A stretch of DNA of 63,950 bases, the filler included, from Lenisia limosa (lineage: Eukaryota > Protista > Breviatea), in NCBI GenBank assembly GCA_001655205.1. It is 14 parts of 14 records of this genome, joined end to end, with 100 filler letters (N's around TTAATTAATTAA, not from the genome) between each part and the next. Parts side by side here need not be neighbours in the genome. Positions count along the whole stretch, not along the records: positions 31,558 to 40,986 come from LPNZ01006737.1; positions 41,087 to 47,939 come from LPNZ01010976.1; positions 48,040 to 53,571 come from LPNZ01006606.1; 11 more parts are not named here. The stretch is one strand, 5' to 3'. Positions 35,503-48,523 of the stretch are shown piece by piece (position 1 is the stretch's first letter; each line of letters opens with the position of its first letter). The notes under the pieces were generated by a model that was not told where the DNA came from, ran no database searches, and saw only the letters and a program-made list of their open reading frames with translations. Position numbers and translations under genes: made by a program.

Positions 35503-38500
35503 AGCCCCCAAGAAGTACAAAGAATCCACCGATCCGCAGTTGTTCGTTTCACAGGAGGGCAAGGGGCCTCTTCTTGAGGGGTGGCAGGTGGGNNNNNNNN
35601 NNNNNNNNNNNNNNNNNNNNNNNNNNNNNNNNNNNNNNNNNNNNNNNNNNNNNNNNNNNNNNNNNNNNNNNNNNNNNNNNNNNNNNNNNNNNNNNNNNNN
35701 NNNNNNNNNNNNNNNNNNNNGGGGTGGCAGGTGGGAAGTTCTTGAGGGGTGGCGTGGGAGTTTTTTCTTTATTTTCTAAAATAAGTTTCACAAATATGAA
35801 CACAGCAAATTTCATTACATTACCCTGAGTTCTAACGTAGCAGACGGGTAAGTTCCCGGCCCGACTGGTGATATGCAAGAAGCTGATTATGAACTTTCCT
35901 TATTGGGGGCTGCAGGCGCGATGCGAGAACCTTATTTGTGCAGGTTGGTGGTACTAGAACAAAGACCAGGATATATCAAGATTTCACGAGATTTCGCGAG
36001 ATATTCCTCTTCTTAGTATATGGAGGGTAAGCACTCGTTGTGGTAGTGTTTTCGTGGTTTTGCAACTTGGAAATTGTACGTAACTGCAGAAAACTTGGCA
36101 ATTAATTGCGACTCTGTCCAGTTTATTGTGATGCAATTTCGAAATCCAAGTGCAATCCATCGACATGTCATTTAAATTGTTAATTGAATGTTAACATTCA
36201 ATTCAACATTGTATTCAAGAAATTGTCCTTTTTCACCCATCAGAAGTACAAACTCTGGTGACCCGGGCGCACAAAGAGGCATGGTGCTGGCAAGACATGT
36301 GGAAAGGTAGGTAATGGTGATAATGTCTTCAAGCTAGTCGGAAGGGTCAAAATTAGGGATTCTCTTCGGTTTGAAAAGGACTGCATTTTTCGATCATTTC
36401 TCGATAAATATGGATAAATTACCGGTGTTTTTCGAACCCGAAGTGAAAACCTAGCCAAAATCTTAACAAAAGGGTTGTTTTATTTCTGGTCTTTTTGAAA
36501 CATGGCATATCATTATAGGGATATGTAGATGATGTCAAAATCGAAAAAAAAATGAATTTGGGGAAAATTTTGACTATAATGACGGGTGTAGGGATGACTC
36601 TTGAGGAGCTTGACAAACTCGAAGCAGATGTCGTCAATGGAGTGGTGGGGGGATTACATTAGTAACACCTGTTAAAATCTGATGGTGTGGAAGGCTTCGG
36701 CCTGATACTTCAGAAAGAAATGGATGTGCGTGTGTGCTGTTCTTCTTACTTGTAGGATCGAGATGACCCCGAGGCTCTCCATCAAATGCAGCCAGAACCT
36801 ACGGTGAGATCTTGGGCATTATGTAGAATGTAATACTTGCAAAAGGTGCCTATCTGTACAAAGAGTTACCCATCATAACCTTTGAGAGTTACTGTACCAT
36901 TTCACCCGTTACTTTGAATTGCTTAGCGCAACTCTTATCCCAAAGTAGCACAAAAGAAGCAGAATCTCTTTAATCACCAATATCTTAACTGTTTCAGGCT
37001 GAAGAAGAACAGGCAAACTTGACCAATATGGGTAAGCCTGTGTGTCTTGGAGCTTCCAGTCAAATACTATGTCTTAATGGGGCTGCTGAAAGGGCCTAAA
37101 ATCTGAATTTCTTGGACAAATATTAAACTGTATTTTTCATTTTTCGAACAAAGCCGTTGTAATTCTGAGGTCGTTTTACCCTCCCTGTCACCCCTTAAGG
37201 CTACATGCATATCTTAGGATAAGGATGATCAGAGCAGATTTTTTTACAACATAACATCATTTCCCTCTTCATCCTTCCATCTTTCACCCTTAAGCGTCAG
37301 ACCCCTTCGAAGCCCTTCAGACCCACGAGGCGCCTGTTGTATGCTGGGAGAATCTGCCACAGGAATTTAGCTTTCAAAACGAGTTGTTTTTTCTTCGATA
37401 TCCTCCGATACTAATTTATTTCGCTATTTGAGCTGTTTTGTGAGATCCCAAGAGGTGCATCCGGGGTTATGAATCAGGAGTCTCTACGGTCCGAAAAAGA
37501 CCGGTAAAATATCGATATTTATTGAGGATTTATCGATACCATAGGGAAGCCCTATTTATAGTCCATGAAGTTGTTTTGTTTCAACAACGATCTTACCCCT
37601 CCCCCNNNNNNNNNNNNNNNNNNNNNNNNNNNNNNNNNNNNNNNNNNNNNNNNNNNNNNNNNNNNNNNNNNNNNNNNNNNNNNNNNNNNNNNNNNNNNNN
37701 NNTTCCAGGCCTTGCTGCGGTAAGCGGCTGGATTGGGTTGTAACAAGCCCCGGTGCCAGACAAAACTGATTGCTTTCCAATTCCGTCAAAATTACTAATA
37801 ATTCCTTCATATTATTGTCATTCACGAAGAAAAAAGACCCCTAGGTTATTGAATTGGAATGAGCTTCAGTACTGAATGTGCTAATTCCGCAGGTTTCACC
37901 CATCCGAATCCCCCGAAATGAGAGCCGAACTAGCCTTAAAAAGTCTTCTTTGACAGTGGGAGTGGGAGGTTCATTAATGAGTAGGGCTTCATCGGTTCAA
38001 AAAAAAAATAACGGTACACTATTGATAGTGTTCGAGGATTTATCAAGAAATTCAGTCTTTTTTCGAACCGAAGTGAAGCCCTAGTTATGAGGACTTAAAG
38101 GCTCTTCCCTCTTCGTCATAGTGATTCCTTTGCTAACCTCCCGTAGGAGTTCATTGCTGAAAATGAAGCTGCCTATGCCTCAGCAAACGCTTCTCTGAGT
38201 GGGTATTGATAGCTAATTCTTAGGACACATTTGTATAAGTTCAATGAAATCGTCTACATTACTCCCCTCTACATTACTCCCCTCTACATAAAAGCCAGAA
38301 CTATTGACCCTATCCGAGTCATAATGATTGCAGGAATATTGACCCTATCCGAGCCATAATGATCGCAGGAACTTCATCAGACGATGAGTGGTACGATGCC
38401 CCGGATTCGCTGCTGGGGTCCATGACGTCATTACCGAAGATATCCGACGATTCCGATGGCATGGCAAAAGTACCGTCGGCTGAAAGTTCGCCCGGCCCGT

Positions 38501-40709
38501 GTAGCTCCGGAGATGCGTCTATACCAGGCCTGGAGGTTTGAAGGGCAAAACATAATCAGTCAGAGCTCATTAATCCTTTAATGTCTTTTGATTGTCGTTC
38601 CTTCCAAACAGATTTTAGGCTTTTTTTTTGTTTTGGTTCATAAATTTTCCAATTATGCACCCCCACTAAATGTCTTTTTGACTGTTTAGAGCGACGTTCC
38701 AATTCCTGTCACGTCAATACAAGCGCGAGGTGGGAGGAGGGGGGGAGTTTGGTGTTCTATCCTCACGGTCCGGAGTAAGCTGATAAGTTTAGGAATGGAG
38801 GACGAGGAGATGGAGGATCCGAGCCAAACCGAATCGGAGAGTGACATTGAGGTGTGTTCTTACTTAAAGCTTGGTAAAGCAACTCTAAGGGAAAGCGTCG
38901 TTTTGCTGAGCCAAACTTGAGTTTTTGATGTCACGAACACTAATCATATAAAACTGGCACATGTATTTAAAATTTAAAATTTCATAGTATCATATGGTAT
39001 GATATGTATCATATGATATAGAGTATTAAAAATTCACAAGATGATTATAGTATCATATGTTTTATATACTAGCTATGTTATCATAGCCACATTATTAAGT
39101 GGATTTATGACCCCTCCTGGTGCTTTTGTTTTTTTATTTCTTCAAATCTCTCATTCACATCGTCAAGATGTTCCAGTCAATGATTGATGATCAAGACGAA
39201 TTTGAGATGTCCGGGGAAGAAAGCGGTGGGAGGGGGGGGGGGGNNNNNNNNNNNNNNNNNNNNNNNNNNNNNNNNNNNNNNNNNNNNNNNNNNNNNNNNN
39301 NNNNNNNNNNNNNNNNNNNNNNNNNNNNNNNNNNNNNNNNNNNNNNNNNNNNNNNNNNNNNNNNNNNNNNNNNNNNNNNNNCTACCGCCTTGGGTGAAAC
39401 GAAAGAAATGGGGGGGGAAGAAGAAGCCTGAGTGTGTTAGTCTGAAAAAAAGGCCAGTAAATACTATACTATGATAAGGTTTCAGAGAAATCGAGTCACT
39501 TTCGAAGTGATCCATTAACCAGTTCACTACTGACCATTCAGACGACTTCGATAGTGATGATGACGAGGAAGCAAGTCAGACCAGGGTGGGGGAGGGGGGA
39601 CTTGATTTGTCAAGATGGGAGGGACTCAAACGGCTCTTCTCCATTATGAACTGGTTAACCTTATACATGTATTATTATATCATATAATATGATATGATTA
39701 AGGCTTCACTTCGGTTCAAAAAAAGACTGAATTTCTCGATAATTCTTCGATAAATATCTATATTTTATCAGTCTCTTTTGAACCAGTAACCGAAATGAAT
39801 AGACATGGTATGATTTACTTTGTATTGTGTATATCTATATGTGATCACATTCTCTTTTTTTATTATTATTTCTCGCAATATTGTTATTACACGTGACGCC
39901 TAATATACCCCCCCCCCAGCACCTAATATTATCCCTGCATGTGGCAGCCGAAGATGACGACAGTGTTCAGGCTTGCAATGATGGTGGGTGTCAGTTTTCC
40001 GCCCCCTCCGCACCCCCCAAATACTATTTTGTTTTATTTTGTGTGTTTGAAGCGATCATCACCTTGCCCCATGGTATTAGATTGACAAGAGGCGTGTTGG
40101 ATTGTTGTTATTTTATCACCGCATCATTTGTTATTATACTTAACAGCCTGAGTTTTTTAATTCTCTTTGACTCGTCCCCCCTTACGGGGTTTTTCTTGTT
40201 TCAGATACACCATGTAAGTTCACTCCTGTCTTTAAACTGTACAGACTGTTCCCCATGCCCTTTCTTTCCTAAATTCATACACGTCTCTGTAAATAACATT
40301 ATTAAACCATCTTCATCAACCAATTGTTTTGATTATTCTTATTTGCCTCTAACTCTTTTATCCCTCTAGACATCCTACTCTCCCCTTCCTTCTCTTTCCC
40401 TCTCTCCTTGCTCTCACTCTCGCCTATCGTGACATTTAGGTTGGATTTAACTCAGCTTTTCATTCCGAATCAACTTTATTCTTTCCTTCCTGATGAAGAT
40501 CCCTCATGGATAAAACGTATCTAGGCCCCTTTCGGTACCTAAATANNNNNNNNNNNNNNNNNNNNNNNNNNNNNNNNNNNNNNNNNNNNNNNNNNNNNNN
40601 NNNNNNNNNNNNNNNNNNNNNNNNNNNNNNNNNNNNGGCAATCTTCCAGGGTACACGTGCTCTCCGTTGATCTCTCAGATCTGGTCCGCCGCCGCACCGA
40701 AGTGTCAAG
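35503..40709 (+). CDS. Large hypothetical protein with acidic low-complexity regions, partial, many short exons
   Basis: Canonical exons GMTLEELDKLEADVVNGV, DRDDPEALHQMQPEPT, GTSSDDEWYDAPDSLLGS, MEDEEMEDPSQTESESDIE, FTTDHSDDFDSDDDEE and VHVLSVDLSDLVRRRTEVSR. No family recognised. Confidence 0.55.
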
Positions 40710-42084
40710 GTGGGGGGGGGCATATTCAGCAATCCACTGTAAGTTCTCATCATGTTATGTATGACGATTACGCAGCTATATGCAAAAGGGGTATAGTGGG
40801 TTCTATATGATGTTTTTCTGTTGGGGAAGGGGGCAAAGTGTGTGAGTTTATCACAATCTCTGTCCTCCCCACATACACTCACAACCCGGGGATGGCGTTT
40901 TGTTTATTGGGCCTGGATGAATTATATCGATGCTGCCTGGGCTTTGTCTGGATGGATGGGATGCGGTGCGGAGAAACGACTGGCCTNNNNNNNNNNNNNN
41001 NNNNNNNNNNNNNNNNNNNNNNNNNNNNNNTTAATTAATTAANNNNNNNNNNNNNNNNNNNNNNNNNNNNNNNNNNNNNNNNNNNNTTCCTCTTCTCCAC
41101 TTTGTTGATTTGTCGATGACTGGGTCTGGTGTTGTTTGTGTTGTTTGATGATGGTTATGTTCTTGATGATGGTTATGTTCTTGATGGAGGCTCAGCTTAA
41201 TGATAATATCACCAAATACTCATTACTTCTCATTTTCATGCATATCTTNNNNNNNNNNAGAAAATCGGTCAAGACTATCCCGGTCACCGTATATGGTGCG
41301 ATTGTGTTAGCTTCGGCTTCATTATTCGGTCTTGGTGATACGATACGATTGTGTTAAGACTCATTATTCTGTCGTGGCTGTTTCCTCTTCTCCACTTTGT
41401 TGATTTGTCGATGACTGGGTCTGGTGTTGTTTGTGTTGTTTAATGATGGTTATGTTCTTGATGATGGTTATGTTCTTGATGGAGGGGAATAATGGCTCAG
41501 CTTAATGATAATATCACCAAATACTCATTACTTCTCATTTTCATGCATATCTTGGGTAGAGTATTATAGCATGTAGCTATTATATATGTATCATAATATC
41601 ATATGTGATATACGTATCTTACTATTTGGAAACACCCTCCTTTTCTTGATCATCTTGTCGTACCATCTTCCCTTTAATTGTAATTTTTCTTGAGAATGTG
41701 TCTATTGTGTTTGTTGGTGCCGTTTACCTAATATCTATGACTCCATGCCATTATATATAATTTTGAATACTGAAGTGGACACAGGAACGAGAATTCCTTT
41801 TCAGGCAATTTAATTTCAAATATCATCACTAAATTTCTTCAATAAATTTATTGCACAAGTCCTACTCTTATCTACATTTTATTGGGTATTTAACCCATTG
41901 GTCTTTTTTTATAGGGATCCGTGCAATTGATTTTATGAAGAAAATAATTGCCAAAATTTGAAATTAAAGAGTCTGAAATGGGGTTCTGGTTTCACTATGT
42001 TCGACTTCACATTTTAAAATACATTTTTCAATTAATTGCACGGAGTGCGAAGACCTTAATTTAGCCTTACTTACACCCGGACAG

Positions 42085-43160
42085 GAGCCTGCCAAGCAAT
42101 TTACTATGAAAAAGTTCGGTAACGTTCAGTCCCGCGTAAATGAGGTGTGTAGGGGGGGGGGTGTCACCCAACATATATAGTTGATTCTGGGATATTTTGT
42201 TTCAATAATGTTCCATTTTATCGTTTTTGTTTGTTTGGAGTTCAGATTATTCGGTTCATGATTAGTACCTTTATGCCGATATTCTTCATCGAAATTTCCT
42301 TCGTTTTACCCGGCCAACAGAGTTGATTCGGGCTTTTTTATGTCATAAAATTTCCAATTTTACTCCCCCCAGCCTCAAAATGCCCCCGAGAAGAAACACA
42401 CATTCCTTAAAGCCACAATGCCCATGGGACCTCCCTCTACCCAGCCCAAGGTATAGGGGATTACAACCTTGTTTTTTTTTTATTTCTCATTGCTATATAT
42501 AGTATATAGGGGTTTTAACATTTAAATTTTTGCAGCAATATTCTTCATTTTCTTCCTCCTCGCTTAGAAAGCAGAAAAATGTCGTTTTGAGTACAAGAAA
42601 TTACATTAACTATTCTGCGATACAAATACAACATTGGGAAACTAATCAGAATAATTATAACTTTATTGGCCTTTTTAGTTTCACACTATAATGGTTACCC
42701 CTTTAAAGGCACCCACCACCAGCCGCGTCACAACTAAACCTTCGGTCCCCACCGTCAAAGATATGGTGCAAATGGTAGGGGGTTTTGAAGAAGAGTAATA
42801 ATATACAGTGAACGGGATAAGTCTTGACCGATTTGCCAAGGAGAATCGGACAACATTACCAGTCACTGTACATATTGGGCTGATTATGGCTTTTGGGCTT
42901 GGGGCTCGGTTAAGATTGGCTTCAGAAAACAAAACCCTTTCTGACTTTTTTTTTCTGCACGAATGTCGGGAATGCTTGATTTAACACCATACAGCCCGAG
43001 CGGGAGGAGAGGAACTTCATCCAGNNNNNNNNNNTACTTGCCATTTACCTTATTTGGTAATAATGAGTTATTTTGGTAATGATTTACAAGAAGTTACCTT
43101 TGTAGGTAATATAGACGAGAGTTTTGTACAAAAGGGCGATTTTGGAAAGGTGCCTCTTTA
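42085..43160 (+). CDS. ENKD1: Enkurin-domain protein (ENKD1-like), internal part
   Basis: EPAKQFTMKKFGNVQSRVNE, HTFLKA, TKPSVPTVKD, EERNFIQ and FVQKGDFGKVPLY(L) occur in the order expected for enkurin-family motifs (KFxNVxSRV, FLK, KPxVP, KNFI, K(D)YGKVPxYL). Confidence 0.65.
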
Positions 43161-44727
43161 GTAAGCTTTTTATTGTTTAATTATGGGGTTTGTTCTACGA
43201 CTTGTGTGATTACTATTTCAAGAATTAGCTAATAATTTGATAATCCACAATCTCTTATAGCTTGATAGTGTGGACGGCTTCGGCCAGATGCAACCTTATT
43301 TTTTGTCTCATCTCTATATCGAAGCAACACGCTAGTGATGCGGTATTAGGCAACCTTGCCCAGTCTGGGGCATTGTATGGCGGTCAACATATACTGTTTT
43401 GGTGAGTGTGGGTGGTCTTGAGTTTTCGCCAATCTAATCCTTGATGTCTTCTTAGTGTAATTGTTAAGGTGACAAAGACACGATGTAATGTGAGACAATC
43501 GCCAGTTTTAAGATTTTAGGTTTGCCCGGAAAGGTGTATTATTTGACAGCACTGGTTCCCGTTTTCTTTTCTCATCTCATAGATGATATAGAATCTCCGT
43601 GTTGAAATTACTGTCCACGGCCTCGACCACCCCCTATGAACATTTGGCAGATGGGAGGGGGTGAAACATGTCGACGGTATGATGGGAATCAGTCTTTTTA
43701 TAATATAGATATTAATCGCACCGGGGGTTTTTCGGAGCTAACCAATGTGAGGTCCATCGAAGACCTTGCGCCTCTTCTTAAATAGCTTGTATTTAGTTGT
43801 TGAGTAGTTGTTGTGAACAGGAACAGTTACCTCTTTCTTACCTTCATTAGTTTTGACAGTCTTACAATGTGGGTCATTTTCCCATCCATTTAATACAGTT
43901 GAAACGCAAGTTATGATCATTAATATAATGCTTATGCATAGGAAGGCACACATTAAAAAAAAAAAAAAAATAATAACACTACATACAAGACAAAACTATT
44001 TTCATTTTATAGGAGGATAGATGTTGACGCTCCCCAAACAGTGGTTCTGAGAGTTTAGCTGATACTCTTCACTCATTTGCAGTTGGTAAGATTGAGAAGG
44101 GCTGTATTAGAATAAATATTGTTCTGGGTTGAACACCAGGGTCGAGGAGTAAATGAAGCAGTTGCAGCTGTTTCAATTCAACTTCCTTTGGATTTTTTTT
44201 GAAATCTAGTCTCGCCAGAAGCAAAATTCCTAAAGAAACCAGGATTTCAGCGATTTGATGAAAGTAATACTGATTCAAGCGAAACGCAAATCCCTAAGAA
44301 ACTATCATTCCACCAACCAGTATCGAAGTACTGCTAATGCGAGCGTCTCCAGAGGCTTGATTACTGGGTAGTAAGAAAACAGCAGGCAAACAACCGGCTT
44401 TTAGCAAGGCCGGTTGGAAATGAAGTCAGCAGTAAGAGGATGAAAGAAGAAGAATCCAGAGAAGTTTGAAATCTACACGTTGGAGAAGCAAAAGCCCTAA
44501 CGAATTTCGAAGATGAGGAATTGCTAACGTAGAATTAGAGGTTAAAACCGGGAAGCAGGCAGGAACAAGGCAGGAAAGTTGAGGAAAGAAAGGTTGCTGA
44601 AAACAAGGAGTAAGCGGAGGATCTATTACCCCGTTTGCGTTCCGGGAACCCCTTATCTCATCTCTCTTTGTGTCAGTTAACCAATTTGACCTCCCCTTAC
44701 CTCCTCATCACAAATCCGCATCCAAAT

Positions 44728-46879
44728 ATGGTATGGAGGGAATTAAATGCTATTTGGACTTATTTGAGGCATTACCAGTTGCCTGCCTGGTACTGGGACT
44801 GGAGGGTAATCAAATAACACAGAAGTGGGGGCTTCTTCTTTTTAGCGGTGAAACTCTTTGAGGAATCGACTGTGACCGTGTTTAATCAACAAAAGACTCC
44901 TTTTACTGTCATTCATTGAACAGGGACCTGCTCTCGTATTTGCCGCTGAAACTGGCCAATTGGATATCGTGAAGGACTTCATTGAGAAGGGTGCAGACAT
45001 CGACCACGCTGATGATTTTGTGGGTAAACTGGGCTGGGTGGATAACATAACTGAATGATACAATTTACTCTCAAGGAGTACTCCTAATACGGATTGTTGC
45101 AGATTGACAAGAGTGATTTTCTCCTTGCATTGACTGACCTTCATAAACAGGGAAGAACTGCCCTCGTCAGTGCCGCTCAGAATTGCCACTTGGATATCGT
45201 GAAGTACCTCATTGAGAAGGGGGCAGGCTTCACCAATGCTGTTAATGTGAGGGAACTGGATGGATCAGTGTTGAAGATATATGTTGCTCTAATAATCAAC
45301 CTCCAAATTGCTGTTTTTTTTTGTTTTCTATGATAGATATGTTATAACTGTGTGGGCTGTCTTATTTGACAATCAGCTAATCCCTTCATTAGCCCTGAAT
45401 TCACCGATATTATTGAAGACTCCTTGCATTGACTGACCTTCATAAACAGGGAATAACTGCTCTGAGCATTTCCATTGAGAATGGCCACTTGGATATCGTG
45501 AAGTACCTCATTGAGAAGGGTGCAGACTTCAACAAAGCTTCCAGATTTGTGGGGTAACTGGATTGATCATCGTTGATAACAATTTGGTCTCAAGGAATAT
45601 TCACCCCCACAATACGAATTACCACAGATTCTTTATTGACTGACCTTCACAGGGAGTATCTCCTCTGAGTTGTGCCACAATTCATGGCCACTTGGATATC
45701 TTGAAGTACCTCATTGAGAAGGGTGCAGACTTCAAAGCTGATAGTTGTGTGGGTTAACTGGATGGATAATTGTTGAGAGCAATTTGCTCAAAGGAATACA
45801 ATTCCCCAAAAATTAATAGTATGTTTTATTTCTGTGGTAGTATGTTAGAACTGTGGGAGCTGTCTCATTTGGCAAGCTGCTGATTCCTTCATTAGCCTGA
45901 ATCTCTATTTTTTTTGAATCGACTGACCTTAGTAAACAGGTAATAACTGCTCTGAGTTTTGCCTCTGGGAATGGCCGCTTGGATATCGTGGATTACCTCA
46001 TTGAGAATGGTGCAGACATCAACAAAGCTGATTATAGTGTGGGTCAACTGGATGGATCATTGTTGAGGATTTGTCTCAAAAGGAATACCAATCCATACAA
46101 CTTGAGTTCAATAGTCTATGTTTTCATCTTCAGGGTTTTTTGTCTCTTGTTTTTGTTTTTGTGTGTGTGATTTTTCTTTAAAACGGCGGTTGTATGTTTT
46201 ATCTGCACATATTCTCATTTGACAAGCAGCTTATTCCTTTACTTGCTGAATTTCCTATTATTGAAGACTCCTTGCTTTGACTCACCTTCATAAACAGGGA
46301 GGAAATGCCCTAATCAATGCCTCTGGGAAAGGCCACTTGGATATCGTGAAATACCTTATTGAGAAGGGTGTAGACTTCAACAAAGCTGATGATTTTGTGG
46401 GTTAACTGAATGGATCATTATTGAAAGCAATTTGCCCAAAGGAATACCAATCACCGAGGCCTGTGTCATTTGACAAGTAGCTAATTCCTTCATTAGCCCT
46501 GAATTCACCATTATTATTGAAGACTCCTCACATTGATTGACTTTCATAAACAGGGAATAACTGCTGTCATCAATGCCGCTGAGAATGGCCACTTGAATAT
46601 TGTGAAGTACCTCATTGAGAAGGGTGCAGACTTCGAAAAAGCTGATGTTAATGTGAGCGACCTGATTGATAATTCTTGAGTACAATAAAGGAAGACCAAT
46701 CCACCAAAATACGAATCGATTCAAATTGTTCTTGTTTTCATTTTTTTTATGATATTTCTCTTTACAACAGTTCGAAGTTCCCCAGAATTATTGATAACTT
46801 GGCTGACTGACCCTCAATATAGGGAAGAACTGCCGATGATGATTATGATGAACTGGTTTGTGAAAACAAACAAACATAA
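44728..46879 (+). CDS. Ankyrin-repeat protein (~270 aa), one ankyrin repeat per exon: 44924-45019, 45151-45246, 45450-45548, 45653-45748, 45940-46038, 46298-46396, 46554-46652; terminal exon 46823-46879
   Basis: Seven 96- or 99-nt phase-0 exons, each reading GxTALxxAxxNGHLDIVKYLIEKGADxNKADxx. All have CAG acceptors with a CTGAC-like branch motif and GTG(G/A)G donors. The N-terminal exons and ATG are inferred from phase. Confidence 0.92.
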
Positions 46880-47006
46880 CGTGTCAATTGGATCATCATT
46901 CTCCTGTTAACACGTTTAGGGTGCCCAAATGATCCACCGACCGCTTATGACAGGCTTTTTGCTGGACTATACACAGGAATAGTTGCAGCTTCGTTTTTGT
47001 GATTGG

Positions 47007-47830
47007 TTATTGGTTGTCTAGATAGGCCACAGTGTTGTTTTTGTAAGAGCTGGCAAATATAATGGGAGTCAACTCTTCTGTTTTTGGACAATCGGTAATC
47101 CGCGGATTATTTTCAACCTGTACTCTCGTCGTCTCGCCGTGTGTCAAACTCAAGGGTATTATTTTGGAGGATGGGATGGGCACACTCTCATGGTTAACGG
47201 TAGTAATATTCAGATAAATACAAGGCCAGTTTTGAGAGGTCAAATAACAAAAATAAATAAATAACCCGGAAAGAATACATATTTACTTGCGCGGAAGACG
47301 AGTACGTCCTTGGCCGGGACGCCTAAGAGAGTATAAGGTAAAGCTAAAGACAACGAAAACTCAATAATGGACTAAATAGATTGGGACAAAATTTGACTCA
47401 CTTTGGCTTAGCGAAGCTCTTCTTTTGATCAACAACGAGGGTGAAGGGACTCGGTTACAATCGTTTCATTAATGTCATCCATCGAAGTTCCCTCAATCTG
47501 AAAATATTAGAATATAACTGACACAAGTGAGGAGGGCAACGAAGGAAAATAATCTAGCCTCTCAGAACAATAGACTGCAGTTGATGATGGTGCCCATATC
47601 AACAACAGCGTCGATCAAGGGTTGCNNNNNNNNNNNNNNNNNNNNNNNNNNNNNNNNNNNNNNNNNNNNNNNNNNNNNNNNNNNNNNNNNNNNNNNNNNN
47701 NNNNNNNNNNNNNNNNNNNNNNNNNNNNNNNNNNNNNNNNNNNNNNNNNNNNNNNNNNNNNNNNNNNNNTCCCATCCCAAACACCAGTGGCAGCCATCAT
47801 GCGTTGACGAATTGCACAATTCTCAGGGCA
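47007..47830 (-). CDS. Hypothetical gene, 3' fragment
   Basis: Exon-like segments IEGTSMDDINETI, GVPAKDVLVFRA and a terminal LTHGETTRVQVENNPRITDCPKTEELTPIIFASSYKNNTVAYLDNQ*. Confidence 0.4.
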
Positions 47831-48523
47831 CCAGAAAATGAAAACTATAACAATTAGCCTAAATGTGTCGATACCTTATGATTTAATTAGAAACAATATG
47901 CGAAGACAAGACAAAACATAAAAGGATATGGGGTCGGGANNNNNNNNNNNNNNNNNNNNNNNNNNNNNNNNNNNNNNNNNNNNTTAATTAATTAANNNNN
48001 NNNNNNNNNNNNNNNNNNNNNNNNNNNNNNNNNNNNNNNTAAAGAAGTGCGATAATTCAAAAATATACTGGTAAAAAAAGGGTGCTTTCAAAAAAAACTA
48101 AGATAAGGTAACTGGGTGACTTCAGTTCAGTTCAAAAATTTCAAATTGCCTGTTTTAATTTCGTATTTTGAACATTTTGGTTTACATTTTATATTACTCA
48201 AAATAGTCTTTGAAAAAGCAAAGCTGTGACAGAAAATGGGGTTAGGCTGGTCAAGGCCAGATACGCGGTCAAGGCCAAATACGCGGTCAGGCCAAACTCG
48301 GCCACTTATATATAATATTAGATATGCAGAGTCATATCAGGATCTTTTCCTTCAATTAGTATTGCGTTTTCCATTGGTTTCCCAAATGTTTTTAATTGTA
48401 TTATTACTATTTAGAGGTAAGAAATACAAAAAGGTTGTATCTAGTCGAAGTTGTCCACCCCAAATTTATGAGTGATATTCGATTATAGCTTATATATTCA
48501 CCCCATCATTGATACACTTTTCC

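Noticed and set aside
41087-41552. ~160-bp direct duplication (41087-41228 versus 41383-41550)
   Set aside because: The copies are nearly identical and separated by a 10-N gap at a family B hairpin, so this is most likely a contig overlap artefact.
44388-44420. Small hairpin CAACCGGC...GCCGGTTG upstream of the ankyrin gene
   Set aside because: An 8-bp stem seen once is expected by chance in 64 kb.
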